Counted from the stretch's first letter, positions 1 to 9,202 are shown. The stretch: 64,000 nucleotides of DNA from Candidatus Limnocylindria bacterium (GCA_036389935.1 DASWCU010000064.1:3628-67627), one strand, 5' to 3'. The notes: generated by a model from the sequence alone, not told the origin. Made by a program: numbers and translations.

Positions 1-1
1 C

Positions 2-562
2 CCGTTCGTGCCCAACCCGCTGGGACCCGACCAGCATCTCGACCTGACGGCGCACTGGCTCCCGTGGATGATCCCCTGCCCGCCCGCGGAGCCGGGCGGC
101 AGCTGCGGCCTCGGCGCGCACGACCCGCTATTCATCCTCGCGGTCATCGCCGGTGGCGTGCAGCTCATCTCCTCGATCATGTTCCAGCCGGCCATCCAGC
201 CCAAGAACATGGACCAGCAGGCCAGGATGATGCAGTCCATGACGTATTACTTCCCGCTGATCACCGTGTACTTCGCGACCCAGTACCCGGCCGGCCTCGC
301 CCTCTATTGGATCGTGACGACGCTCATCGGCATCATCCAGCAGTATTTCGTCAGCGGTTGGGGCCGCCTCCCGCGGTTCCTGCCGTTCCTGCGGTCGATC
401 CCCTCGCCGGCCGATCGCACCCTCGCCGCGCGGCAGCAGGCCGCGCTCGAGGAGGAGCGGCGCGACATGCGGGTCGGCGCGGGAGCGAACGGACCGGGTG
501 CCCAGAACGCGCGCGAACGGCGCCGCGCCGAGCGGGCCGCGGCGCGGAAAAAGAAGAGGTAA
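2..562 (+). CDS. yidC: membrane protein insertase YidC, C-terminal fragment (5' end outside window)
   Basis: Translation has the YidC/Oxa1 hallmark segment 'PAGLALYWIVTTLIGIIQQYF' and a basic C-terminal tail; jag follows 3 nt downstream as in yidC-jag operons. Confidence 0.8.
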   Translation, partial: PFVPNPLGPDQHLDLTAHWLPWMIPCPPAEPGGSCGLGAHDPLFILAVIAGGVQLISSIMFQPAIQPKNMDQQARMMQSMTYYFPLITVYFATQYPAGLALYWIVTTLIGIIQQYFVSGWGRLPRFLPFLRSIPSPADRTLAARQQAALEEERRDMRVGAGANGPGAQNARERRRAERAAARKKKR

Positions 563-565
563 GGC

Positions 566-1471
566 ATGCCGCTGCGTGGGGAGGAATTCACCGGCCGAAC
601 GGTGGAAGAGGCGATCGAGCGCGGGCTGCACGAGCTCGGGCGGAAGCGTTCGGAGGTCGACATCGACATCCTCGAGCGGGGCAAGCCCGCCAACATGCTC
701 GGGATGGGAGGCGTCGACGCCCGCGTCCTGCTCTCGTTCGATGAGGCGGAGCTCGAGGCCGAGCCGGAGCCTCTGGTCGACGAGGCCGAGGTGCCGCGCC
801 GGCCCGACGCGGTGCGGGCGGAGGCCGACCGCGCCGCCGACGAGGCGGAAGAGATGCCTCCGGCGTATGCGGAGGAGCTCGCCGCGGGCCGGACGGTGCT
901 CGCCGAGCTGCTCGAGAAGATGGGGATCGAGGCGGACGTCGCGCTCGATGACCGGCCGGGCATGGAAGGGCTCGAGGTCGAGGGCGCCGATCTGGGCGCG
1001 CTCATCGGCCGCGGCGGCGAGAACCTCGTCGCGCTGCAGCAGATCGTCTCGGCCATCACCTCGAAGCGGGTCGGCCGTACGGTGCACGTCCCCGTCGACG
1101 TCGAGGGCTACCGCCGCCGGCGCGAAGAGCAGCTGCGCGAGATCGCGCGGCGCGTCGCCGGACGGGTCCGCTCGACCGGGCAGGCCGTGACGCTCGAGCC
1201 GATGCTCGCCTACGAGCGCCGGATCGTGCACCTCGCCGTGCAGGACCAGGGCGGTATCAAGACGGAGTCGGTCGGGGTCGACCCGAATCGCCGGGTCGTC
1301 ATCAGCTCGACCGCGCCCGGCGCGCGCGGGCCGCTGCCGCTCGGGCCGCAGCGGCCGATGGCGCCCCGGCCAGGGCGGCCGGGCGGCGGTTTCGGCGCCC
1401 GGCGGCCGTACGGGCCGCGCCCGGGCGGTATGCGCCCGCCCCGGCCGGGAGGCTTCGGCCCGCCGCGATAG
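566..1471 (+). CDS. jag: Jag/KhpB-type RNA-binding protein (KH + R3H domains) with Pro/Gly/Arg-rich C-terminal tail
   Basis: ATG at 566 with RBS aagaagagg; R3H-like 'RRIVHLAVQDQGGIKTESVG'; sits directly after yidC. Confidence 0.75.
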   Translation: MPLRGEEFTGRTVEEAIERGLHELGRKRSEVDIDILERGKPANMLGMGGVDARVLLSFDEAELEAEPEPLVDEAEVPRRPDAVRAEADRAADEAEEMPPAYAEELAAGRTVLAELLEKMGIEADVALDDRPGMEGLEVEGADLGALIGRGGENLVALQQIVSAITSKRVGRTVHVPVDVEGYRRRREEQLREIARRVAGRVRSTGQAVTLEPMLAYERRIVHLAVQDQGGIKTESVGVDPNRRVVISSTAPGARGPLPLGPQRPMAPRPGRPGGGFGARRPYGPRPGGMRPPRPGGFGPPR

Positions 1472-1549
1472 CCGCGCGAGCGCATCGCTGACGACACTCC
1501 GCTCGGGCCGCGCGACAGGCGGCGCTGGCGGGCCGTTACGGTCGTAGAG

Positions 1550-2758
1550 ATGCCCCAACGGAACTGGACGACCGAGCGCGTCCGCGCCAATTTCCGGATC
1601 GACACGTTCTCCGCCGTCTGCGCCGGCGCATACCTCGGCGTCGTCGTGGCCTTCGTGCCGGTCGTCGTTCGACGCATGGGCGGCTCGACGTTCGAGGTCG
1701 CGCTCGTGGTCGCCGCCCCGTTCCTCGGTCACCTGCTCACGCCTCTGTTCTCCTACCTGTTCGCCGGTCTCCGTCCGGTCAGGGTCGTCGCTGCGACCGG
1801 GACGGTGTCACGCCTCATCTTCCTCTGCGGGGTGCTCGTGGCGACGACGCCCTTCCTTCTCGCGCTCACCTCGGTGGTGTCGTGGATGATCGCCATCGCG
1901 AACATCGCCTCCTACGCGACGCTCATGCAGGCGATCTACCCCGATAGCGAGCGCGCCCAGGCGATGGGCAAGGTGCGCATCGGCTCGTCGCTCGCCGCGA
2001 TCGTCAGCGCGACGGCCGCCGGGCTCCTGATCGACGCGGTCCCGGCGACGATCGTGTTCGCCGCCGCCGCCCTGGTGAGCCTGCCCGGTGCGCTCGCGTT
2101 CGCGCGGATCCGCCACGAGCCTCCGCCGATCCCGGCGCCCCGCCGACCGGTGCCCGTGGTGGCGCGCGAGATCTGGTCCGATCGTCGTTACCGCCGGCTG
2201 CTCGTGGCGTTCAGCGTCTTCGGGTTCGGGAACCTGATGAACGCCGCCGTGTTCCCGATCATGCTGGTCGACCACTTCAACGCGCCGAACACGTTCGTCG
2301 GCGTCATGGCCGCCCTCCAGTCGGGGACGATGGTCGTCGCGTTCCTGGCCTGGGGACGCTTCATCGACCGCGGCTCCTCGCTCCGGATGAGCGTGGTGAA
2401 CACCGCGCTCGTCCTGCTCGTGCCGCTCGGCTACCTCGTCGCGCCGTCGACGCTGTTCCTGCTGCCGGTCGCCATCGTCGCGGGCATCACGAACGCCGGT
2501 GGGGACGTCATGTTCTTCACGAACGTCGTGCAGATCGCTCCGCACGGCCGGGTCGGAGAGTACGCGGCCGCGCAGTCGTTCCTGCTCGGCGTGCGCGGGA
2601 CGATCGCGCCGTTCGTGGCGTCGCTCTTGCTCGTGACGGTCGCCCCGCAGGCCGTCCTGGTCCTCTCGATCACGCTCATGGTCACCGGCCTGGTCATGCT
2701 CGACCGTGCCGTCCGGGCCGTGACGCCCGTGCCGGCCCTCGAGCCGGCGCCCGCCTAA
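1550..2758 (+). CDS. MFS-type membrane transporter (about 12 TM)
   Basis: 402 aa, hydrophobic helices throughout, ATG at 1550. Confidence 0.55.
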   Translation: MPQRNWTTERVRANFRIDTFSAVCAGAYLGVVVAFVPVVVRRMGGSTFEVALVVAAPFLGHLLTPLFSYLFAGLRPVRVVAATGTVSRLIFLCGVLVATTPFLLALTSVVSWMIAIANIASYATLMQAIYPDSERAQAMGKVRIGSSLAAIVSATAAGLLIDAVPATIVFAAAALVSLPGALAFARIRHEPPPIPAPRRPVPVVAREIWSDRRYRRLLVAFSVFGFGNLMNAAVFPIMLVDHFNAPNTFVGVMAALQSGTMVVAFLAWGRFIDRGSSLRMSVVNTALVLLVPLGYLVAPSTLFLLPVAIVAGITNAGGDVMFFTNVVQIAPHGRVGEYAAAQSFLLGVRGTIAPFVASLLLVTVAPQAVLVLSITLMVTGLVMLDRAVRAVTPVPALEPAPA

Positions 2759-3507
2759 CGGAGCGCGATCCCGCTCGCGGCGATCGCGTTCGCGAACCGC
2801 TCGGCGATCAGGGCGTAGCCGGCATCAGAGGGGTGGAACCCGTCCGCCGCGACGGTGAGGCTCGAGGTCAGCGCGGCGGATCCGGTGAACAGGTCGACCA
2901 CGACCGCGCGCTTTCCGAACGGCTGCGCCACCGCGGCGATCGCCAGGTTGTACGCGGTGACCCGCGCGCCGAGCGCGGCCTGGTCGGCGCCGGCGTACGC
3001 CGGCACGGCCCGGAGATCGGGAACGTTCCCGATGAAGAGCCGCGCGTCGGTCTGCTCGATCAGGGGCGCGACCACCGAGCGGAGCGCGGCCGTGTAATCG
3101 GCTGGCGTGAGGTTCGCGTTCATGTCGTTGACGGCGAGCCAGACGGTGACGAGCTCCGGTCGCAGCTGCAGCGCCCGCGGGAGCTGCTCCCGGGCAGCCT
3201 GGGCGGAGAGGGAGCCGGAGACCCCCAGGTTGACGTAGTCGGTGCCGGCGGGAAGCCGGGCGGCCACGCGCGCCGGCCAGGCCCCGGTGCGCGGATCGGC
3301 CGACCCGACGCCGACGGTGTCCGACGCGCCGATGGCGACGTAGCGCAGCGACGCTGCCGCGGCGGACGGCGACGGCGAGGCGGCCGCGACGCGAGTGGGC
3401 GACGCGGTCGTTCGCGTCACGGTGGCCAGCGCGCGCGTGGGGGTGGCGTTGCCGCTCGAACCGCAGCTGACGGCCACGAACGCGATCGCCACGACGAACC
3501 TCCTCAT
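2755..3507 (-). CDS. secreted SGNH/GDSL-family hydrolase lipoprotein
   Basis: Signal peptide plus lipobox Cys (VAVSCGSS); GDSx-like 'AIGASDTVG' and C-terminal 'DGFHPS' (DxxH); ATG at 3507 preceded by GGGTGA. Confidence 0.7.
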   Translation of the reverse strand: MRRFVVAIAFVAVSCGSSGNATPTRALATVTRTTASPTRVAAASPSPSAAAASLRYVAIGASDTVGVGSADPRTGAWPARVAARLPAGTDYVNLGVSGSLSAQAAREQLPRALQLRPELVTVWLAVNDMNANLTPADYTAALRSVVAPLIEQTDARLFIGNVPDLRAVPAYAGADQAALGARVTAYNLAIAAVAQPFGKRAVVVDLFTGSAALTSSLTVAADGFHPSDAGYALIAERFANAIAASGIALR

Positions 3508-3552
3508 TCACCCAGCGTACCGGTACAATCAGGGAGTCCTGAGAAGGACCAC

Positions 3553-3904
3553 GGGGATGCGTGGTTTCGACAGGGCAGGCGAACGTATCGCTGCGAGCCG
3601 AGGAACGCCGTTCCCCCTCGTTAATCCGAACGGCGGCCAGATAACTGGCACCAACACGTACGCTCTCGCTGCCTAGTCAGTGAGCGTCCTCCCGGTCTCC
3701 CCTCCGCGGGCCGGGAAGGGCGTCATAAGCGGAGGTGCGGTCCGCCGATCGGCCGGTAGGCGGACCCAAGATCCACGGCCTGGCGGGACCGAAAGCGCGT
3801 CGGTGCGCGTTCGGGCCCCGCGAGATCTGAAATCGCCGGCCACGCTCGTAGACGCGATACGGTCAACGGCCTTGGACGGGGAGTTCGACCCTCCCCCATC
3901 TCCA
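3553..3904 (+). ncRNA. ssrA: tmRNA (SsrA), not represented in the ORF track
   Basis: 5' GGGGATGCGTGGTTTCGACAGGG; 3' GGACGGGGAGTTCGACCCTCCCCCATCTCCA with T-arm; acceptor stem GGGGATG/CATCTCC includes G3:U70; internal tag reading frame ...ACC AAC ACG TAC GCT CTC GCT GCC TAG (…TNTYALAA*) ending at 3676; CCA not fully encoded. Confidence 0.85.
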
Positions 3905-4016
3905 CAGATGGCGGCTCATCCCGAGCCGCCGCGCGCGTTGTATGGCTCAGCAAGCTTTGGCCGAATCGCGCCATTCCTTGATACTCGAAAACCGCTGATC
4001 GCCGCGCTCACACAGT

Positions 4017-4169
4017 TTTGGCCATTCGCTAAGCCCTCAAACCACGGGATCGCCAGCATCCTGACGCAGCAGCTCTCTCGAGAGAACGGCCAAAGATTCA
4101 CGCCTCTGGTCGGGAACGGCCAGACCTTTTGCGGTCACAGTGGTAGGAACCGTCAATCTCTGGCCGTTC
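4017..4169. repeat. cluster of four short related sites (GAAyGGCCArAGATTs) in both orientations in the tmRNA 3' flank, including a 19-bp imperfect inverted repeat
   Basis: 4084-4102 GAACGGCCAAAGATTCACG versus reverse complement of 4151-4169 GAACGGCCAGAGATTGACG (17/19); additional copies at 4114-4126 and 4017-4030 (reverse); locally lower GC, non-coding. Confidence 0.5.
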
Positions 4170-4244
4170 GCGGAGCGCTTTAGCTGACTGCTACGAAGAG
4201 CTGGGTTCTCCTGTCAGCCTCTGGGAAGCGATGATCTTGAGACC

Positions 4245-4778
4245 TTGGTCACTCTCGATATTCGACGCCACGCCGAGGCCGCGAAGGAACCCGGTAGCGA
4301 GAGTGCGTTGTCTCCCGCAGGGCTCTCGAGTGCCTTGCGTCTGGCGTCAGGGGCACCGATGTATTCGCTTGTGATCTGCAGTCCACGCCCTCGGACGCAC
4401 GACACGGCGCTCGCGATCGCGGGCCGCGTCGACCGCGCCGAGCCGCTTCTCGATGTCGCGCCAGATGATGTGATCACCGTCGAGGAGTACTTCGCCCTTC
4501 GCTCCGGTATCGAGGTCGCAGCCTTCATTGCGGGCCGACCTGCGGCATCGCGATTCGCGCATCGCCAGCTGGGATTCTGGCGAGACCTCTTGTCTACCCT
4601 GAGTGAAGGTGAATGCGCCCTTATCGTGACCCACGGTGCGAACGTCGAGTTGCCCGCTGTCGCCCTCGCACTCGAACTCGGGGTTCCGCCGCTCCCGGTG
4701 CCCGTTCAGTACATCGAAGGCGTCCGCGTCCACCAGCTCGATCGGCGGCATGAAGTGGAGCCGCTACCGGCGCGGTAG
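4245..4778 (+). CDS. histidine phosphatase superfamily protein (SixA/PGAM-like)
   Basis: N-terminal 'LDIRRHAEA' (RHG-type motif), 'LSPAGLSSALRLA', C-terminal 'LIVTHG'; TTG start with weak RBS. Confidence 0.5.
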   Translation: MVTLDIRRHAEAAKEPGSESALSPAGLSSALRLASGAPMYSLVICSPRPRTHDTALAIAGRVDRAEPLLDVAPDDVITVEEYFALRSGIEVAAFIAGRPAASRFAHRQLGFWRDLLSTLSEGECALIVTHGANVELPAVALALELGVPPLPVPVQYIEGVRVHQLDRRHEVEPLPAR

Positions 4779-5228
4779 GAGGGGCCCGTGATGCGTCGGT
4801 ACGTCGTGTATGCGCGACTGGGCTGCTCTGAGCCGCCGGGTCGCGCTCACGCACCCGGAGCGGTATCACAGCACTCGATGCCAGAAACCCGCCGCCCGGG
4901 CGACGGGGGTCATGAAGCGAACCGAGCGGTCAGCGCGACCACGTGAGGGAGTTCTCGAAAGCCGGCGACGACGCGTCGGTAACGTCTCCGACTTCCTCTA
5001 CCTGACCCATGACACGCGCCCGCGGGCCGCGGCGCCGGGCACCTGAGCCGATTGCTGTCGTTTGTGCACGAAAGGTAACGACCATGAGGGCGAAAGACAT
5101 CGTCTATTAGACGACCACAAATGCTCATCGCGCTTCAGACCCTTGCGGACGGCGGGCGCAAACTTGCGCCTGGCGCGTGCGTGATCCTCGCCGGAGGGGA
5201 GTGCTGCTTCGCGCTTGGCCACTACGGC

Positions 5229-6236
5229 TCAGGTTGGCGCTCGCGCCGTTCGCTTCATCTGTTCAAGATGTTCTTGGACGTGCCCGAGCCCCAAACCCAG
5301 CTGCATGCGGACGGTGTCGCACTGCCCATTCGGAGCGACCCGAATGAGCGCGAGATCCGACTCGCCGAGGGCGGCGAGCCGCCCTTGCCACGTCGAGCGC
5401 ATCGCAAGCCAACGCTCGCGTACGCCGATCGGCCAGGGCACCAGACGATCGCGGTAGTACCGGTACCACGAAGCGATGGCGCGAACGCGTGGATCCCGTT
5501 CCGCGGCTCGTCGGAGCGCCGCATCCGCGACGAGGATGGCGTCGAGCTCGTCGGCTGCGGGCCGCGCGTCGTCATCCGGCCCGTCGTCGTCCGCGTATGG
5601 AAGCGATGGCGCGGGGCCTTCGCCGGCCAGGTGGGCGAGCCACGCAGCCTGCAGCGATCGGACCGTGCGGGCGACCTTGCGGGGAGTCCATCGAACGCGG
5701 CTGGGCCGCTGGTTCGGTCCGACCTGCTCGAACGCGCCGGGTTCGCCATTCTTGAGCCGCGCGACGAGCTCCCTCGCCGCCTCCGCCTGCGCGCGGTCCG
5801 CATCGAGCGGCCACGGTTCCAATCGGCGGAGGCCGATACCGAAACCACCCGCGGCATGGTCAAGCGTGCGGCGGATCGTCCATCCGTCACCTGGGTCTCG
5901 GTCCCATGCGCCTTTGGGGAGGCTGTCAAGGAACTCGTCGACCTCGGCAGCGACCTCGCTGACGCGCGTCATTGCGGCCCGAAGGAGCGCCGGCGGCGTG
6001 GGGATCAGTGAGTCGGGGATCAGCCACCACGGCAGGGTCCAATCGATCACCTCGTCTGCATCACCGAGCTCGATCGGATGCCCGAGCCTTCGGAACGCCT
6101 CGGCCTCGTCATGCGCGCGCGTCCGGCAGCGGGCGATCGCCTCTTCACGGGTGGGGGCGTCCTCCGCCGCGGCACCCGGCACCTGCGGAGCGGTCGTCCA
6201 CCAGGTCGCCGGCGACGCCGTGACGTACAGCCGCAC
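5229..6236 (-). CDS. DinB/YfiT-like (DinB_2 / MDMPI-N-like) family protein, start uncertain
   Basis: 'DGWTIRRTLDHAAGG' resembles the DinB_2 metal-binding helix; the long ORF's upstream part overlaps the neighbouring gene, so I place the start at the GTG right after that gene's stop (alternative ATG at 5972). Confidence 0.4.
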   Translation of the reverse strand: MRLYVTASPATWWTTAPQVPGAAAEDAPTREEAIARCRTRAHDEAEAFRRLGHPIELGDADEVIDWTLPWWLIPDSLIPTPPALLRAAMTRVSEVAAEVDEFLDSLPKGAWDRDPGDGWTIRRTLDHAAGGFGIGLRRLEPWPLDADRAQAEAARELVARLKNGEPGAFEQVGPNQRPSRVRWTPRKVARTVRSLQAAWLAHLAGEGPAPSLPYADDDGPDDDARPAADELDAILVADAALRRAAERDPRVRAIASWYRYYRDRLVPWPIGVRERWLAMRSTWQGRLAALGESDLALIRVAPNGQCDTVRMQLGLGLGHVQEHLEQMKRTARAPT

Positions 6237-6247
6237 GGCGAGGAAGC

Positions 6248-7663
6248 CTATTCCTCGTTCGCAGGTCGGCCGCTCCGAAGCGCATCCGTCGCGACGACTC
6301 CGACCGTGTTCGTCAGCGCGTCCTCGAAGCCGACGGTGACGTCCTGCGCGCCGCTTGCCGCGTGCGTCACCTCGTGCAGGAGCGCACCCGCGTAGCGCGC
6401 GATATCGGCCAGCTGATCGCGCCGGATCACCACCTCGCCGGAGCGCCCATCCCACAGGCCCACGACCTCGTCGCTGCCGGTCGCGTTGAGGCGCATGGTC
6501 GTGGAGATGCGGACGGCCCGCAGCGCCGCTGGGCGCTCGCCCCGCAGGGCGATGATCTCGTCGGTCCGGGCGAAGACGGTGCGCTCGTCGGGGGTCAGGT
6601 CGTCCTGGTCGACGAAGTCGAACGAGAAGCTCTCGTTCCACTGCAGCTCGTAGCGCTTCAGGTCGACCATCGGATTGCCGTCGATGTCGAGCACGCCGGC
6701 GAGCTTGCGGCGGAGCGCGTCCGGCACCGTGACGATCCGGCGGCCATCGGACCTCGCTCGATCCACGAAAGCGGCGGCAAGCCCGATCTCATGCGACGTC
6801 ATGAAGATGACCCGCTCCGCGGCATTGAGGATGCGGCACGCGTGCAGCGCGACGTCGATCCAGCTGTTCTCGTCATGCAATCGACCGCTCGAGAAGCCCT
6901 CGAGGTCCGCGGCCAGCGCGCGCGCCACCTCTTGGGATGAGGCCGCCAGCAGGATCGCCTTCACCCGGTCCGTGTACGCCGTCCGTCCCACGTTGGTGCG
7001 CTCGCGGTTGAGCGCGCGGCGCAGTGCGGCGGTCATCGACGTCACGTCGTAGCTGAAGAGGAATCGTTCCTCCTCAGCGACGCGCAGGCCGTTCACGTAA
7101 ACGCGTGCCGGCATCTTCTCCACGCGTCGCAGGACGGACCCGTGAGGTGTCCGTTCGAGCAGCTCGTCGCCGGCGTACTTGAGGAAGAACGACTTCGCCT
7201 CGGCGACGTCCTCGTCACGGACGCCGGTCAGCGTGATGTCGGTGCCCAGCGACCCCGGATCCCCCGGTGCATCCACGGTGACGTGGAGCGTCTTCAGATC
7301 TTCGAAGCCGTGCTTGGCGGTGCGCTTCAGCCTCATCCGGTGGTGACGCGAATCGATCGTCACGTCGATGCGCCGGCGGTCGAACGTCGCGAGCGCATCC
7401 TTCAGGCCGACGCCGAACTTACCGACCAGATCGGTGCGCTCGAGCTTCTCGCGGTTCTCCTTCTGGGTGAGGTGCTCGTAGCGCAGGCCCCGCCCGAAGT
7501 CGCGGACATGCCACGAGCCGTCACGGTCCTTCGTGATCTCCGGTTCGGCCGTGTCCGTGAGCGCCGCTTCATCCAGGGCGTTCGCGATGAGCTCGCGAAC
7601 GGCATGCGCGACCGTCCAGTGCTCGAGCACCCGCTCGACGTTGAGATCGAAATCCCGCCCCAC
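6248..7663 (-). CDS. Hsp90/GHKL-type ATPase domain protein with C-terminal HExxH (possible zincin/ImmA-like) motif
   Basis: Bergerat-fold motifs 'RELIANALDE' (N box), 'DFGRGL' (G1), 'GKFGVGLKDAL' (G2) closely parallel HtpG N-domain; 'LLHEVTHAASG' near C-terminus. Confidence 0.7.
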   Translation of the reverse strand: MGRDFDLNVERVLEHWTVAHAVRELIANALDEAALTDTAEPEITKDRDGSWHVRDFGRGLRYEHLTQKENREKLERTDLVGKFGVGLKDALATFDRRRIDVTIDSRHHRMRLKRTAKHGFEDLKTLHVTVDAPGDPGSLGTDITLTGVRDEDVAEAKSFFLKYAGDELLERTPHGSVLRRVEKMPARVYVNGLRVAEEERFLFSYDVTSMTAALRRALNRERTNVGRTAYTDRVKAILLAASSQEVARALAADLEGFSSGRLHDENSWIDVALHACRILNAAERVIFMTSHEIGLAAAFVDRARSDGRRIVTVPDALRRKLAGVLDIDGNPMVDLKRYELQWNESFSFDFVDQDDLTPDERTVFARTDEIIALRGERPAALRAVRISTTMRLNATGSDEVVGLWDGRSGEVVIRRDQLADIARYAGALLHEVTHAASGAQDVTVGFEDALTNTVGVVATDALRSGRPANEE

Positions 7664-7754
7664 GATGCCGTGAGATGATGCCAGCCGCTCCGGGCGGATT
7701 CACGCGGAGCCACGGGGAGTCGCCCCGGCGATCGCCCCGCCTACTCTGAGGGGC

Positions 7755-8273
7755 ATGCTGGCGGACGTCGTCGTCGGAGACGCCGGTGCCAAAGGGAAAG
7801 GCGTCTTCGCCCGACGCGGCTTTCGCGCGGGCGAGTTCATCTTCCGCCGCCGGCACGGTCGCATCGTCACGCGGGCGGAAGCCGAGGATCTCTCCGAAGA
7901 CGAGCGTCGTCATCTCTGTGAGCTCGACTTCGAGCGCAGCGCCGTGCTGCTCCCACCGGGCTGCTACCTGAATCACGCCTGCGAGCCGAACGCGATGCGG
8001 AGCGGGGTCAAGGTCTTTGCCTGGCGCGGCATCAGGGCCGGCGAGGAGATCACGATCGATTACCGGTTGAACGCCTTCGGCGCCGACCGCTGGGCGTGCG
8101 CCTGCGGATCGCCGAGCTGTGTCGGGGAGATCACCGGCAGCTTCTTCGCGCTGGATCCCGCCCGGCGGCAGCTCTACCTGCCATACGCGCCGAGCTTCAT
8201 CCGCCGCGAGCACCGGCGGCGCCTGACGTCGGGAGCGCTCGGCCCGCCTACTTCGGTGGCTGCCTCAGGCTGA
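7755..8273 (+). CDS. SET-domain protein (putative lysine methyltransferase)
   Basis: 'GKGVFA', 'NHACEPN', 'GEEITIDY' and post-SET 'CACGSPSC' motifs; 172 aa. Confidence 0.7.
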   Translation: MLADVVVGDAGAKGKGVFARRGFRAGEFIFRRRHGRIVTRAEAEDLSEDERRHLCELDFERSAVLLPPGCYLNHACEPNAMRSGVKVFAWRGIRAGEEITIDYRLNAFGADRWACACGSPSCVGEITGSFFALDPARRQLYLPYAPSFIRREHRRRLTSGALGPPTSVAASG

Positions 8274-8655
8274 ACCAGTTGCCCGAGTCGTCGCGGAAGA
8301 CGGCCTCCACGCCGTACGGCCGCTCGGCCGGCTCCTGGAGGAAGGTGACGCCCTTCGCTTTGAGGTCCTCGTACGTCCGGCGGCAGTCGTCGGTGTCCAT
8401 CACGCCGGCACCGAAGACGCCCTTCGCGAGCAGCGCCTTGATCTGCGCTCCGACCTCCGGCTCGACCATCGGCGGCTTCGGGTCGGCGAGCAGGAGCTGG
8501 AAATCGCTCTGCCCCTTCGGCGCGACGGTGAGCCAGCGGAAGCCATCGGCCGTGATGTCCATGCGCGTGTCGAAGCCGAGCTTCTCCGTGTAGAAGGCCT
8601 TCGCCGCCTCCTGGTCCTTCACCCAAACGGTCGCGTGGGACATCGAGTTGATCAT
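8248..8655 (-). CDS. VOC/glyoxalase-bleomycin resistance family protein
   Basis: 135 aa with a typical VOC fold signature (HATVWVKD...GFD...). Confidence 0.65.
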   Translation of the reverse strand: MINSMSHATVWVKDQEAAKAFYTEKLGFDTRMDITADGFRWLTVAPKGQSDFQLLLADPKPPMVEPEVGAQIKALLAKGVFGAGVMDTDDCRRTYEDLKAKGVTFLQEPAERPYGVEAVFRDDSGNWFSLRQPPK

Positions 8656-9200
8656 CGTCGTTCCTCCCGATCGTTCTCGCGGGCGACCCTACGTCGCTCC
8701 GACGAGCGCGCGCTTCTCCCGGATTGCGGAGCTTCGCGCGCGCTCCACATCAGGATGAAGCAGCCAGGGATCGCCGGCCGCTCGCCCGACCGCACGGCGC
8801 GGTCGCGATACTCGGACGGCGAGAGACCGACCGCCTTCTTGAAGCGGGCGCTGAACGAGCCGAGGCTCGAGAAACCGACGACGAAGCAGATCTCGGTGAC
8901 CGTGAGATTCGCGCCGCGCAGGAGGTCCTTCGCGCGCTCGATACGCCGGCCGCTCAGGTAACGACCGGGCGTGCTACCGAAGGTCGCACGGAACGTGCGG
9001 ACGAAGTGATAGCGCGAGTAGCCGGCCTCGGCCGCCAGCCCGTCCAGATCGAGCCGGGCACCGTAGTCGCGGTCCATGAGGTCCTTCGCGCGGCGTACGT
9101 GTTCAAGCCGGTCGGCGTCCTCGCGGCCCACAGCAAGACGGTACCCAAGCGCGCGGCGAACGGCCGCGGGGCCTTTGGCCCGGCCGAGACCGCGCGCCAA
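8652..9200 (-). CDS. AraC-family DNA-binding-domain-only regulator (MarA/SoxS-like)
   Basis: Two HTH_18 repeats 'YSRYHFVRTFRATFG' and 'VTEICFVVGFSSLGSFSARFKKAVGLSPSEYR'; no sensor domain; stop overlaps the start of the downstream VOC gene. Confidence 0.65.
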   Translation of the reverse strand: MARGLGRAKGPAAVRRALGYRLAVGREDADRLEHVRRAKDLMDRDYGARLDLDGLAAEAGYSRYHFVRTFRATFGSTPGRYLSGRRIERAKDLLRGANLTVTEICFVVGFSSLGSFSARFKKAVGLSPSEYRDRAVRSGERPAIPGCFILMWSAREAPQSGRSARSSERRRVARENDREERR

Positions 9201-9202
9201 CC

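Noticed and set aside
128-1732. 534-aa minus-strand ORF, and similar long ORFs such as 9595-11553 (+), 27546-29108 (-), 38113-39336 (-), 42301-43860 (-), 51147-54050 (+, 967 aa), 58634-60538 (+)
   Set aside because: Arg/Pro/Gly/Asp-rich low-complexity translations typical of off-frame or antisense reading in 72% GC DNA. Each overlaps a gene with clear family motifs on the other frame or strand.
3680-4183. 167-aa plus-strand ORF
   Set aside because: Overlaps the 3' half of the tmRNA gene and its repeat-rich flank. No RBS, composition not protein-like.
5121-6011. 296-aa plus-strand ORF opposite the DinB-like gene
   Set aside because: The minus-strand frame carries a recognisable DinB_2-like motif and protein-like composition. 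The plus-strand frame is Arg-rich and low complexity.
3905-8273. Prophage or integrative element inserted at ssrA
   Set aside because: No integrase, excisionase or phage genes, and no direct repeat of the ssrA 3' end found in the window. Only short repeats and lower coding density, so I report it as a possible scar only.
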